Source of the DNA: Octopus vulgaris
Taxonomy: Eukaryota
Length of the DNA stretch: 64,000 bases
Assembly (NCBI GenBank): GCA_951406725.2
Contig: OX597824.1
Coordinates: 10,230,001 to 10,294,000 of the forward strand
Reading direction: 5' to 3'
The notes beneath the pieces are model-generated. The model had not been told where the DNA came from. It was given only the letters and a program-made list of their open reading frames with translations, and did not search any database. The position numbers were made by a program, and so were the translations under genes. Positions 26,241 through 40,199 of this stretch are shown one piece after another. Positions within the stretch are counted from its first letter, which is position 1. Each line of letters opens with the position of its first letter.

Positions 26241-26658
26241 TATATATATGGATATATACATATATAAATATATCCATATATGCATATATATATATATACA
26301 TATATAACATATATTATATATTATTATATGGATATATATGTATATATATATAGATGTATTTATTAAAACTTCAGGCAGGCCAAAGCCTTGTGAATGGATT
26401 TTGTATGTGGAAACTGAAAGAAAACTGTTGTATATATTTGTATGTGTCTGTGTCTGTGTCTGTATTTGTACTCCCACCATTACTTGACAACCGATGTTGC
26501 TGTATTTACATTCCCATAACTTAGCTGTTCGGCAAAAGATATTGTTTGAATAAGTACTAGGCTTACAGAGAATAAATTCTGGGGCCAATTTGTTTGACTA
26601 AAGGCAGTGCTCCAGCATGGCTACAGTCACATGACAGAAACGAGTAAAACAATTAAAA

Positions 26659-26702
26659 ACTATGCCATTTTAATCCCAAGCAACGCCGGGTATCTCTGCT
26701 AG
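26659..26702 (+). mobile_element. Helitron-like 3' terminus (hairpin plus CTAG); second copy at 43801-43845 on minus
   Basis: ccc(a/g)agcaa(c/t)gccggg hairpin followed by tatctctgCTAG then t. Confidence 0.5.
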
Positions 26703-26945
26703 TTTATTTACATTTCTGCCTCAGTAATTCCATTTTGTCTCAATGTGTATTATATCTTTCTTGACACGTTTGTCAAATAAGAGACCCTCCACTCTCCTTT
26801 CCTCTTCCCCCTCTCTCTCTCCCTCAATATGCATATACATGTTTGTGTGTGGGTGTGTTTGCATGCACAGACACGTACATATGCACATAGACAAAGAAAG
26901 TCACACAGCGACATAAAATGTATCAGGTACGTACGTATGTATGTA

Positions 26946-27788
26946 CAGGGTGAGGTGAATAAACTGTTGTCTAAATTATATAAAAATGAAAATAACACTG
27001 ACATTTCATTTTAACCAAAATTTACCAATATTACGTAATTAACAAAAGTACAATAAAAACGTCAATGACTTTAATCTCACCCTCCAGATGACTTTGGAAT
27101 CTCCTGTAACTCTTCTGGACGGTCTCCTTGTTTAAGTTGGTGAATGGTTCTATAGTCCTTCCCTTCAGTTCATCCTTGCTGTTATAAGGAGTTTTGTTGG
27201 TCTCTCTTTCAACTGTGCCCGACACATAATAATCAAGGGGGTTGCAGTCTGAGGAGTTAGGTGGCCAGATGTTAGGGGTGATGTGGTCACAGAAATTGTC
27301 TGAGACATGTCTGGGTTCTCCTACTTGTGTGGCATGGTGCAGAGTCCTGTTGCCAGACATGGGGGTTTTCCAGCAGCCACCCTCTTGACCCAGGGCAGCA
27401 CTACCCCTTCCAGTCTCTTGGTGTAGGCCTCCAGGTTGAGTGTGAGGTCGTGTGGGAAGATGATAGGAGGGATAATGTAACCATTACTAGTGATCACTCC
27501 AAACACCATGATGTTGATTTTTATCACTCTCAATACAATTTTTGTGGACTCGGATTGACACCCAACACTCTGAAATGTTCGTATTGGAGCTTCTGGCATG
27601 AATGCCAAGTAGTACAGAATGTTGTTTCCAAATTTCTGACAGAGTGAATTGTGTCATGGGGCTGTTTTTCTCACAGATGGTGTCCAACTGACCCTACTAT
27701 ACTGTGCAGTTGACAAAATCAAAAACAAACAATGCGCTTGCATGAAATTAAAAACATGAAATGGCAACAATTTACCCATTGCACTCTG
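26946..27788 (-). mobile_element. Internally deleted Tc1/mariner element, maT (DD37D)-like
   Basis: Imperfect TIRs CAGGGTGAGGTGAATAAACTGTTG / caacaatttacccattgcactctg, TA flanks; NIWPPNSSDCNPLDYYV and IMVFGVITSNG..IPPIIFPH motifs. Confidence 0.85.
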
Positions 27789-27885
<97 letters not shown>

Positions 27886-28009
27886 TGAGGAAACCTTTTG
27901 AGTCAAGCACGTCAACATCAAAATAAAAATCAAATGGAAATTGTAGTTGTAATCTATATATTCGTTGGTTATACAACTCAATCCTTATTGTCAATGAAAA
28001 CAAATCCAG

Positions 28010-28345
28010 TTGTGCAATAATTAACTGAATTACCTATTCTTGACCTGTAGTCCTACAGCAGCAGTACTGGAAATTAATAGTTATCGCCAAGCTAATATGG
28101 CAGTCCAGAAATATAGGACGAATGCTGCCGTTGATCAGCTCCAAGAGGCCATCGCCTCTAGCTAGCTATATGACACATGAACCTGTGTCCATTATAACCT
28201 TCGAACAGGGGAGGTCAGCCGCTTCCCCTTGCTGGTCAGGCATCTGCAGACATGTTTCAGGGTATTTGCCCCTTATCGATGCAGAGTAGCCGAACGACCA
28301 GCAGGTGTCACTACTGACCGTCTGTTCGAAGGATTATTTACCTAA
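28010..28345 (-). mobile_element. PLE-type non-coding fragment carrying a hammerhead-like motif; related piece at 11520-11640
   Basis: Hammerhead-like fold at 28244-28284; ctagctagctatatgacaca...tgtgtccatta resembles 11575-11615. Confidence 0.5.
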
Positions 28346-28349
28346 TTTC

Positions 28350-28602
28350 AGTGGAATACATTCACTGTTTTTACTTGCTTATTTCCATTTGCAACTCCTC
28401 ATATTTGATTGTGTTGCAAATACCTTCCAGAAGATTTTGTAGGGGTTGGAAGGGTTTGAGATGACTATCAGTGTAGAAACACTGCCAGATCAGACTGGGC
28501 CTGGTGCAGCCTCCTGGTGCAGCCTCCTGGTGCAGCCTCCTGGCTTCCCAGACCCCAGTCGAACCGTCCAACCCATGCTAGCATGGAAAGCAGACGTTAA
28601 AC

Positions 28603-28648
<46 letters not shown>

Positions 28649-29960
28649 GGTTTTCATTCCTGTCTCTTTGATCTCCTTGTAAGTGAAAACAAATATTTCC
28701 CAAAGTTAAAGTACAACTGCCAAATTTGGTGAGTACTTATACCAATTATTTAGATGCAGAAAATATCTCCACATTGATCAATGTATATATAGCTATCTAC
28801 AACCTACCACATTATATCTGTGGGCATATTCTATCATTGCAAAAAACTGGAGAGTCGGAAATTAGATGGTCGATTGTTTATTTATGTTGATTACATAGTC
28901 TGAAGTTGGCATCAGCCAGTTGTTTTATGATTTCATTCTGATTCTTTTTTATATATCTTTTTAAATTCTTGGTTAGACATTGATCTTGTGTAGTTCAATT
29001 CAGACTTCTCAATTTGGCCTTTACAGTTTCCATCAATCTACCTGTTGTTAAAATAGCTTCGACACATTTATCAAATCCCAGAGATAAATCGATGTACAAT
29101 TTTAAGAGCATGTAAAACTCACCGTTGTCTTTTGTAAACTGTTTTAAATCATCAAATACAGAAAACATTGTTTACTCTCGGGAGTCAGGAGTATATTATT
29201 ATAAAGGGAAAGTTTATGAAAATAAACAGAAGACGAAGGCAGGTGGTGTACAAACAAACAGATATATTAATATAGCACTCAGGAATAGAAAAAGTCTTTT
29301 ACGTTTCGAGCCTATGCTCTTCGACAGAAAGATACACAGAAAAAAACAAGGAGAGAAAAAAAAATGTGTGTAGTAGCTAACGATCTATCATGGCGTCTGA
29401 CTTCGGACATAGATTGGTTGTTTCCATGGAATCTTACATTGTCACCACCCTTGTTTTTGTTTCTTTTAGGCTTTTTTTGTTGTTTTATTATTTTTCTGTA
29501 TTTGTCGTTTGCTTTATTCTAAAGACTTGTATTTTTCCTGCGTGGGCATTTCTGTTGTTTCATTCCCATTGTGTTTTTCGGGATCATATGTTTTTGGAGG
29601 ACTGGGTTCTCTCGTACTATTTCCATTGGCTTGTGGGAGTATATTTTGCCATCTATGTGGTCTTGTTTCTTTGTAATATATTTCTATGTATATTCTTTGT
29701 ATGAATTGTTCTATTTCCGTTCCTGAGATCATTTTATAGTTTATTATGAACCTGCCGGCATTTTGCTAATGTATTTGTGCTTATTTGTTGTCTTACACTC
29801 ATCATTTCTTTGTTCTCTCCAGATCTTACGCATCAATTTAACTGTTCCTAGCTTGTATGGCAGTTCAGTATGGCTCTTAGTCATCAAAAGAGCTACCTAT
29901 GAAGGAAGAGATGGCCATCATCAGATTCAATGAGCAACCATAAGCATGGCTGTCTAGTTA
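28350..29960 (-). mobile_element. Heavily decayed R4/Dong-type (restriction-like endonuclease) LINE, interrupted by an RTE tail (28470-28645) and a PLE piece (29190-29400)
   Basis: QDQCLTKNLKRYIKK...DANFRLCNQHK.TIDHLISDSPV (zinc-knuckle region) and IKYEELQMEISK (endonuclease region); abuts an (AAT)n tract. Confidence 0.6.
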
Positions 29961-29989
29961 CACTTATTGCTATTTATATTATTGTTATA

Positions 29990-30084
29990 GAATGAAGAAA
30001 ATAAATTATCATTATTAATATTATTAATAAAATGATAATAATGATAATAATAATAATAATAATAACAACAACAACAACAACAAC

Positions 30085-30151
<67 letters not shown>

Positions 30152-30248
30152 ATAATAATAATCATTGTCGTCGTCGTCGTCATCGTCGTCATCATTATCA
30201 TCATTATCATCATTATTATTATTATTATTATCATTATTATTATTATTC
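29990..30248. repeat. Compound trinucleotide microsatellite (AAT)(AAC)(TAG)(TCG)(ATT)
   Basis: Direct reading. Confidence 0.95.
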
Positions 30249-31342
30249 AGGGACCTTTTGAGCAAGATGGGCTACTCGACCAGAAGAAAATTCTAACTGG
30301 GCCCCACCTGCAAGGTCATGCGCTGTTTATCTTGATATGAAATCACCATGTCACGCACATATGGTTGTGATGCATGTGCCTGGCGTACCCTTATCAGACA
30401 GGTAGTCATGGTAGGGTATACTGGGCTTTGTATATTTTACCCCAGTGTCACTTTGATGGCATGGACTGATCCCTTACTCAATAATAATAATAACAATAGT
30501 TCTTTCTACTATATGCACAAGGCCTGGAATTTTGTGGAAAGGAGGTCAGTTAATTACACCAAACCTGAGAGATTGAAAGGCGAAGTCGACTTCAGTGGCA
30601 TCTGAACTTAGAACATAAAGCTGAGAAAAATGCTGCTAAACATTTTGTCCAAAGTGCTACCAATCCTGTCTGAATAATAATTATGATTTTTTTATTTCTT
30701 AGTCACAAAAACTTGAAAAGATACAAAATAAGTAGAATGAATCTTAAAGTGGAGGAGGGAGCTTACAAAGATGTATGGGTTGGGAGAAGTAAAATGTCTT
30801 AAACAAAGATAGGGAAGGAGGGATGAAAAAAGTTATGCAATTAAAAACAGAGACAAATTAAAAGCATACAATATTTAACAATAATTAAAACAAGACATAA
30901 TTTTAAAAGAAATAAAAACTGCAAAACATTTTGCTTTCTTGACTACACATGGTGTGGGGAGAAAGTGCTGGTTTGATTGAGTTAGAGAAACCCCACATCC
31001 CTACCCTAGCTTCTCCATTATTGTTCATTGTTGTCTCCTGCATTCCAAAGGTGATTGTTAACATTTTTTAAGTTGGTTGGAGAGACAAGGTAAAAGATTG
31101 TAATAAAAAAAATTCCACAATGAACTGTTTTATTTCATTGTAATATTTTGGAGAAATATGGGACATTTTGGCACAGCTGTTTTGGCATTGTCTTTTTGAC
31201 ACTGGCTTATTTGACATCAGAAATCTTCCTTCTCTCTCTCTCTCTCTGTCCTTCTCTCTTAGCCATATGCATATATGTGTATATTCCTGCATGTGTGCTT
31301 GTGTGTGTGTATATGTATGTATGGTGTTTGCCTCTGGTATCT

Positions 31343-31760
31343 AAGGCGCCGAGCTGGCAGAAACGTTAGCACGCCGGGCAAAATGCGTAGCCGTATTTCG
31401 TCTGCCGTTATGTTCTGAGTTCAAATTCCGCCGAGGTCGACTTTGCCTTTCATCCTTTCGGGGTCGATAAACTAAGTACCAGTTACGTACTGGGGTCGAT
31501 GTAATCGACTTAATCCGTTTGTCTGTCCTTGTTTGTCCTCTCTGTGTTTAGCCCCTTGTGGGTAGTAAACAAATAGGTATTTCGTCTGCCTGTACGTTCT
31601 GAGTTCAAATTCCGCCGAGGTCGACTTTGCCTTTCATCCTTTCGGGGTCGATAAACTAAGTACTAGTTACGTACTGGGGTCGATGTAATCGACTTAATCC
31701 ATTTGTCTGTCCTTGTTTGTCCTCTCTGTGTTTAGCCCCTTGTGGGCAATAAAGAAATAG
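31343..31760 (+). mobile_element. SINE family B, young, head plus duplicated body
   Basis: gagctggcagaaacgttagcacgccgggc head; two near-identical ~183-bp body units. Confidence 0.9.
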
Positions 31761-33356
31761 ATATCTAAAATTGCTGTTGGCATTGATATGTGATTTCATC
31801 TATTTGCTGTTGATTTAATCTTTGAAAAACGGTGAACCTTTGCTCATCCTCTTCGTTATCCTTATTCTCATTATTGTTCATTATTCTGGTTTTGAAGAAT
31901 CTGTTCTTCCTCACCCATTTTAGTTTTCCGTTGCTGTTCACATTTCTCCTTTTTTTCTTCTTTTGCAACTTATTTCTCTTTTTATCCTTTTGTATTTCTC
32001 CTCTTAGTTTGGATACTCATCTTTGCAACCACTATTTCCTCCTCCTCCTCTTCCTCCTCCTCATCATCATCATCGTCATCGTCGTCGTCGTCGTCGTCGT
32101 CAGCATCATCATCATCATCATCATCATCATCCCTCTCCTCCTCCTCCTCATCATCATCATCATCGCCATCGTCATCGTCATCGTCGTCGTCATCGTCATC
32201 ATCATCATCATCGTCTTCCCCCTCTTCCTCCCCGTGAAGGCACATGACTTAGTGGTTTAGGGATATTTAGCTCACAATCATAAGGCCATGCGTTTGATTC
32301 CCAGCAGTGCCCTGTGTCCTTGAATAAGGCCCTTTATTTCATATTGCACCAATCCAGTCAGCTGGCAAAAATGAGTTGCATCTGTTTTATAAAGGGCCAG
32401 CATTGTCACATATTGTGAATCTCCCTGAAAACTACATTAAGGGTACATGTGTCTGTGGAGTGCTGAGCCACTTGCAGGTTAATTTCTTCCCTTGGTGATG
32501 AAAAGGAGAGTTTTCCACATCAAATTATAATGGTAAAAGAGATTAACCAGTGGTCAGTGAATTATATTTTTGGTAGTTTCTGATAGAGAAACTTTGGTCT
32601 TCTTCCATGGAAATGCCACTGTGGCATTTTAGGACTTGCTGCACATCATTAAGACTTGCTGCACATCTGTCTATGATAACCTCCACTTTTTCTTCTTCCA
32701 TGACATTCTGCAATCCCATTTTCACTTTAGTTTATTAATTAGTTTTGTTGTTTATCTTCTCTACTCACAATTGTCTTATTATCTTAGACTTAATTTTATG
32801 ATAGTTAACTTCCTTAAAGAGAGAAAACAGCATTCTTGCTGTTGCAGTTGTTGTTGGTGGTGGCAGTGTTGTTGCAGCTGCTGTTGTTGTTGCTGCAATG
32901 ACTATTACAGCTGCTGTTATTGTTTTGTTTACTTCATATTTCCATAGCTATTTATATTAGTTTCCTTTTAATTTTTCACAGATATTTTTATAGTCTTACT
33001 GCAGATATTATATACAATATTATATTTCTTGCTATAGAAAACCCCACCCATCCTCACCCTTTATTTGTGGTAAATAAAATATTTTTGTGTCAGTCTCTGG
33101 GTGGTAAATAATAAAAGCAGTCATTATTTTTCTTGTTTTTCTGTCTGGTCTTGCTAATTCTTTTAGCTTTCAATTGTGAATATTGTAACTTATTTCAGGA
33201 TGAATTATAGCAATGCTAATTACGGTCTTATTCTCATCATTCAGCTCTGTTTGCAGTATTAATCTAGGGGAGTAATTTTCAGACATTTTTTTTTTCTATG
33301 GATCGCTTTGGTTACTATTTTACTCTGGTGGATTCCCCTGGCCATTTGATGCTTAA

Positions 33357-33577
33357 CCTTTTAGCATTCAGATTACTCAGTCAAATTTAATACTTATTCA
33401 TTCATATTGTTTTGAATTAATCGTGTATTATCTCAAGGCTTAGGGATTTTGTTGGTGTGGCTGTCTGCTTTAAGAATAACATTGTAGGGTAGGTGTAAGA
33501 GGCTTGACCTGGTTGGTTTCAATATAAAAACAGGTAGAATATTTGGGGTAGATATGGCTGTCTAGAATGTTAAAGGA
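33357..33577. mobile_element. TTAA-flanked (piggyBac-like) MITE, ~220 bp
   Basis: TTAA then ccttttagcattc ... gaatgttaaagga then TTAA; similar ends near 16945, 34746 and 45706. Confidence 0.65.
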
Positions 33578-33724
33578 TTAAGAACTAGTTTTATAGATAT
33601 TTGTTTCAAAATTCCTATTTGGTTTTTACACATTCATTTGTGTAGTTTGAACTATGTAAAACATTAGAGGGAAAAACCTAGCTGTTTCTTGCAAGACATA
33701 CATCTAAAGCAAATTTTTTTTCAC

Positions 33725-34130
33725 AGCAGGAGTGGCTGTGTGGTAAGTAGCTTGCTTACCAACCACATGGTTCTGGGTTCAGTCCCACTGCGTGGCATCT
33801 TGGGCAGGTGTCTTCTACTGTAGCCTCGGGCCGACCAAAGCCTTGTGAGTGAATTTGGTAGACAGAAACTGAAAGAAGCCCATCGTATATATGTATATAT
33901 ATATATGTACATGTGTGTATATGTTTGTGTGTCTGTGTTTGTCCCCCCCAACATCGCTTGACAACCGATGCTGGTGTGTTTACGTTACCATAACTTAGTG
34001 GTTCGGCAAAAGAGACTGATAGAATAAGTACCAGGCTTCTAAAGAAGTCCTGCGTTTGATTTGCTTGACTAAAGGTGGTGCTGCAGCATGGCCGCAGTCA
34101 AATGACTGAAACAACTAAAAGAGTAAAAGA
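33725..34130 (+). mobile_element. SINE family A, full-length
   Basis: Matches 1411-1850. Confidence 0.9.
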
Positions 34131-34941
34131 GAGCAACCCTTAAAATACAACTGTGGATACCCAATTTTCGATTTTGCTTGCGTGGACCCCCAACAACCTT
34201 ATATAGACCTCTAAGGGTCACATGGACCCTGATTGTGATACAGGGCATGTATGATATTGAGAATATTTTAGTTATACTTTATTACTTGAAGAGCTATAGT
34301 ATAGGTGCAGGCATGGCTGTGTGGTTAAGAAATTCACTTCACAGCCACGGGGTTCCAGGTTCTGTCCCACTGTATTGTCCTTTAAGCAAGTGTTTTCTAC
34401 AATAGCCTTAGTTTGGTCAATGCTCTATAAGTGAATTTGGTTGATGTAAACAGCGCAGACGAGTGCATTGCATGATTATTTATATGCATATGCATGTATA
34501 TCAGTGCGTGTGTATGTGCATGCGTACGGGTCCTCTTGAGTACAGCAAGGCACCAAGCATGTTGGTCCTTTGTAACCATCTCAGTTCTTTCTCAAGGACC
34601 AAGGACCTGTAATGTTATTCTAAAAACAAACAATCCAATAATCACATCATTGGAATCTTGAAGTTATAAAATAACATACATTTAATTCAACACAGTGTGA
34701 AATAATAATTACTTTTGATAAAATAATTTGAATGCTAAAGGGTTAATCTAGTACAATTATAATGAGGGCTATGTAACTGATAACCTTGCTTTGCAGTCAT
34801 GCAGTTTTGGGGTTTAGTGTTTCATTGTGACACTTTGGATGTGTTTCTTCTACTATAACCCTGAACCAACCAATGTCTGGTGAGTGAATTTAGTAGACAG
34901 GAACTGTATAGACGCCCCACGGAGTGTGTGTGTTTATATAT

Positions 34942-35472
34942 ATTTTTTATATTTTATATTTTATATTTTATCTAGTTTTAGCTCATGAACTGTAGCCATG
35001 CTGGGGCACCGCCATTTGGTGTTTCTACATGATTTTACTTCACGGATGCTTTTTAGCAATTGCCATTTGGTGCATGAGAGAGTTCAATGCAGCTGCCCTC
35101 ATCTGCACCTCCTGCTGTGAAGTTGGTTCATCTGGGACACCTGACAGGAAGAGATCTAGTTTTATTTTAAAGACATCTGCATCCACCCCATGCAGGTCTC
35201 TCAGGTCCTTAGGGAGGATATTGAAGAGCTGTGGACCTCTGAAGCCCAGGCTATCACAGTATCTTGTCCGACATCTTGATGGCAAATTTGGAGTCCTTGG
35301 CACTATGCAGTTCTAGTATTTGTGTAACTTTCGATGCCAAAGTTTGGGACAAGTCCTTCTAGGATCTTCCAGATGTATATTATGGCATATCTTCTCGCCT
35401 ACGCTCTAAGGAATAGAGTCTTAATCTCTTGAGTCTTTTCCAATAGCTTATATGCTGCACAGAGGCTATCTT
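34942..35472 (-). mobile_element. CR1-type LINE 3' end
   Basis: RTRYCDSLGFRGPQLFNILPKDLRDL...VFKIKLDLFLSGVPDEP; the 3' UTR ends in ctaga plus (TAAAATA)n. Confidence 0.85.
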
Positions 35473-35737
35473 CATATATATATATGGTGCGAATGGTTTT
35501 TTTATATGGCGCTGAGTTTTACAATCCTGTAATTAATAATAATGGTATTTATATAACCTTCAGGCTTATATAAATACCATTATTAATATATATATATATA
35601 CACACATATATATATATTTAGGCATGTATGTGTATGTAACTACACACGTGCTGTTGAGTTTTGTTTATTTTGTTCTTCAGACATTTCCTTTTTCTCCTTT
35701 CTGATGAAGAGCTTTTCCTTTATTCTTATATTCAATT

Positions 35738-36112
35738 CAGTCATTTGACTGCAGCCATGCTGGAGCACTGCCTTTAGTCAAATAAATCAACCCCAGGACA
35801 TAGTCTTGGTAAGCTTAGTACTTATTCTATCAGTCTTTTTTGCAGAACTGCTAAGTTACAGTGACGTAAACACACCAACATCAGTTGTCAAGCAATGGTG
35901 GGGGAACAAACACAGGTACACAAACACAGACACACACATACATATATACGACAGGCTTCTTTCAGTTTCTGTCTACCAAATCCACTCACAAGGCTTTGGT
36001 TGGCCTGAAGCTATAGTTGAAGACACTTGCCCAAGGTGCCATGCAATGGGACTGAACCCAGGAGCATGTGGTTGGTAAGCAAGTTACATACCACACAGCT
36101 ACTCCTGTGCCT
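35738..36112 (-). mobile_element. SINE family A
   Basis: Reverse-complement match. Confidence 0.85.
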
Positions 36113-36924
36113 ATGAGCTATGCTCAAAATCATCAAAAACTCTCTCTTCTCGCTGAGCGTCCAACCATTACATTCCATGTGCACATCCTCTTGTTGCTTG
36201 TTATTACCCTGTGCACGTAAACAAATGCAGAGTATTGTAATTACCTGTCTTTGTCTGTGTGTTTACAAAGTTACAGGAAAAGAGCTGAACAGATTTTCCC
36301 CACATTTGGCAGAAATACTCATTGGGTGAGTGGCTCGAAATGATAAACATTTGGTTTGATTATCTTTAAAAAAAAATCAAACTTACAAATTTCTCGATAA
36401 GCAAGTGGTCATATTATTTTGTTCACTTTCTTTTAACATATGAATTGACCCTCATCTGCATGTGTTTAGATCATGGTATACCTATGTGAATAGACACATG
36501 CGCATACATACATACATACATATATACATAAATACATACATAGATATGTGACACTAAGTGTGTGTGTGTGTGTGTATGTGTGCATGCATGCACAGATGGA
36601 TTTGAGGGTTTCATTTATTTACGTGTTGATTTCTTAATTTCACTGAAGTATAAATACCTATAATGTTGATACTTAAAAACAAAACTTATCTAAGCAGCAC
36701 ATTGTCAGCCACACTATAATTTGTCAAAAATTTATCTGTGCACAGGGTATGCATCACCCCTCTGATGCCTTTTTTCATTGTTATTCTTAATGTTTGTCTG
36801 TATTTTATTCCATATTAACATCTAATCTCCTCCATTTACGAAAAATGTGATTGAATTTGTCAAACTTCGTCCTATAACTTAAATCATATACTTAATATAC
36901 TTATATAACCTTTCATATCTATGC

Positions 36925-36961
<37 letters not shown>

Positions 36962-36967
36962 TATATT

Positions 36968-37363
36968 ACTCTTTTACTCGTTTCAGCCATGTGACTGTGG
37001 CCATGCTGGAGCACTGTCTTTAGTTGAGCAAATCGCCCCCAGGACTTATTCTTTGTAAGCCTAGTACTTATTCTATCATGCTCTTTTGCCGAACCGCTAA
37101 GTTACGGGGACGTAAACACACCAGCATTGGTTGTCACACGATGTTGGGGGTACAAACACAGACACATAAAGACATACATATATATATATATACATATATA
37201 CGACGGGCTTCTTTAAGTTTCCATCTACCAAATCCACTCACAAGGCTTTGGTTAGCCTGAGGCTATAGTAGAAGACACTTGCCCAAGGTACCACACAGTG
37301 GGACTGAACCCGGAACCATGTGGTTCGTAAGCAAGCTACTTACCACACAGCCATTCCTATGCC

Positions 37364-37365
<2 letters not shown>
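36968..37365 (-). mobile_element. SINE family A
   Basis: Reverse-complement match. Confidence 0.9.
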
Positions 37366-37405
<40 letters not shown>

Positions 37406-37984
37406 TACATATATATATATATATACATACATATATATATATTGTGTTTGTCTCCCGACCCCCACTTGATAACCAGTGCTGGTTTGTTTAAGCCCTAGTA
37501 ACTTAGCAGTTCAGTAAAATAGGTTTGTAGGATAAATAAATTTAAAAAAAATATCAAGGATCTTTCCCTAGCCACGGACTCATAAGACCAGTTTCCCAGA
37601 TTCTGTTACTTATATATTCCCCCATTAGAGAGGAAACCGGTTTGCCACAGGATTACTCAGTTTTTGCTAACCAAGCTGATTGAGGCAATGTGAAATGAAA
37701 AGTTTTGCTCAAGAACACAACACATAACCAAGGAAGCAAAACTGCAATTCTATGATCATGAGTGCAAAATCCTTATTACGAAGCTATGCACCTCTACTAT
37801 AGAATATGTACTAGTCTTTAAAAAAGATACTGGGGACCATTTGCTTGACTACACATTCCAAAGCAGTCCACAGTCCAATGACTAAAACAAGTGAAGCATA
37901 AAAGATAAAATGTATATGTATTGCAATCTGTGTAGTTCCTACAGTCTGAAGTTTGTGTTTCATCCAATGTTATACTGATTTAAA

Positions 37985-38420
37985 ATTTTGACACAAGACC
38001 AAAATTTTGGGGGAGGGACACAGGGCCAGAGTTTTGGGAGCCCAACTGGTACTTATTTTATCAACCCCGAAAGAATGAAAGGCAAAGTCAACCTCAGCTG
38101 AATTTGAACTCAAAACATAAAGACAAGCAAAATGCCACCAAGCATTTTGCCCAGAACAGTAACAACACTGCCAGCTCACCACCTTATTATCCATTGCTAT
38201 ATTAGTGGTTAGTAAAGTGGTGAGATGGTAGAATCATTAGCACACCAGGCAAAACGCTTAGCAGCATTTCGCCTGCCTTTACATTCTGAGTTCAAATTCC
38301 ACTGAGATCAACGTTGCCTTTCATCCTTTCAGAGTCGATAAAATAATTACCGGTTGAGCACTGGGGTCGATGTAATCAACTTACCCACTACCCCGAAATT
38401 GCTGGCATTATGCCAAAATT
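37985..38420. mobile_element. Head-to-head pair of SINE B copies (minus, then plus)
   Basis: 37985-38185 reverse and 38215-38420 forward, about 30 bp apart. Confidence 0.75.
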
Positions 38421-38613
38421 TAAAATGCTTATTAGTGGTTAGTATTGAGTTTTCCTCCCTTTTCACATTGACTTTGGCACATTTTCCTAAACTAATTTCA
38501 TGTCATCTCCGCTACTGAATCCCTCTGCTATATTTGTATTAAAAGTACAATTTCAAGTCACCCATGGTTGATTGTCCTCCTATAATATATGTATTTGTGT
38601 CTGACCTCATATT

Positions 38614-38660
38614 CATCATTATCATCATCATCATCATCATCGTCATCATCATCATCATCG

Positions 38661-38700
<40 letters not shown>

Positions 38701-38759
38701 TATCATCATCATCGTCGTCATCATCGTCAACATCATCGTCATCATCATCATCATCGTCG

Positions 38760-38802
<43 letters not shown>

Positions 38803-38945
38803 TATCATCATCATCGTCGTCGTCGTCATCATTGTCAACATCATCATCATCATAATCATCATCGTCATCATTATCATTGGCAACATCATCATAACCATCA
38901 TCATCAACATCATCATCTTCATCATCATTATCATCATCAACATCA
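38614..38945. repeat. (ATC)n microsatellite
   Basis: Direct reading. Confidence 0.95.
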
Positions 38946-39194
38946 AACATCCATGGATTTATAGACAAAAATTTTCTTCTAATCATGTTTTATTTATTCA
39001 TTCATTCATTTTACGGTGAAATTAATCAGATGGTTCATTGGCAGGAACTACAGCATGCTGGATTAAATGCTTTGCATACATACATACATGCATGCATACA
39101 CTGACACACATACAGAACACACACACACACACACACACACATACATACATACACACATACATACATATATACATATATACATATATATATATTA

Positions 39195-39235
<41 letters not shown>

Positions 39236-39510
39236 AAATATTAGAGACCCAACTTTGAATATGTTAACTCTAAGTGCTAGAAATAGACCCAACCGGTAAA
39301 AGTCGCCGACGATAATTCCACATAGAAATAGCACCACAGTCAACGCTATGAAATTAAATTACAACTAAATAATGGATTAATGTTGTACAATTGTTTCCTC
39401 ATTAACAAAATATGCAGACCCTCATTATTGTATATATATATATATATATATATATACGTTTAAATATTTGTTGTGCAAGATTTTTTATGTGAAGTCGTGT
39501 GTTGAAACAG

Positions 39511-39773
39511 ATATTGTTGTATTTAGGAATGGTCATTTTGCCAGTTTAGCCAATAAAAACACACGCACTATATATTTGGTGTTACTTTGCTTCAGTGTTA
39601 TTTATTTTTTACATTAATCTTAATCTTATTTCGGCCAAAGTGTGACGAAAGAACTCTGGCCGAAATAAGATTAAGATTAATTTAAAAAATAAATAACACT
39701 GAAGCAAAATAACACCAAATATATAGTGCGTGTGTTTTTATTGGCTAAACTGGCAAAATGACCATTCCTAAAT

Positions 39774-39783
<10 letters not shown>
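39511..39783. repeat. Hairpin, ~130-bp arms, ~11-nt loop, next to (TA)n
   Basis: ...atcttatttcggccaaagt GTGACGAAAGA actctggccgaaataagat...; about 3 mismatches. Confidence 0.95.
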
Positions 39784-39850
<67 letters not shown>

Positions 39851-40157
39851 AGGGTAAGATCTAGAGATCTGAGTGTAGGAAGTTTGTACACTTCAAACAG
39901 GCCGTGGCTGGTAAAGATAACAAAAAGTGGACCATGTATGATAAGGAACAATTACAATTTATTGGCATTGAAGATTACACACTTTTTCCTATATCAAAGG
40001 TACAAGGAAATTCGATCAGCTGATAATATATAGCTCACAGTTAAATATGCAAACAACAAGAGAAAAAAAGGACAAGTAATACAACAAATGATCCTTCATC
40101 AGTTGTCGGCTGTCTATCTACTCCCCATTTTGAGCAATATGTATATATATATGTGTG

Positions 40158-40199
<42 letters not shown>

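Noticed and set aside
29117-29180. Strong GTGAGT donor after MFSVFDDLKQFTKDN on minus
   Set aside because: It lies inside the decayed Dong/R4-like LINE region, with an in-frame stop upstream and no convincing acceptor.
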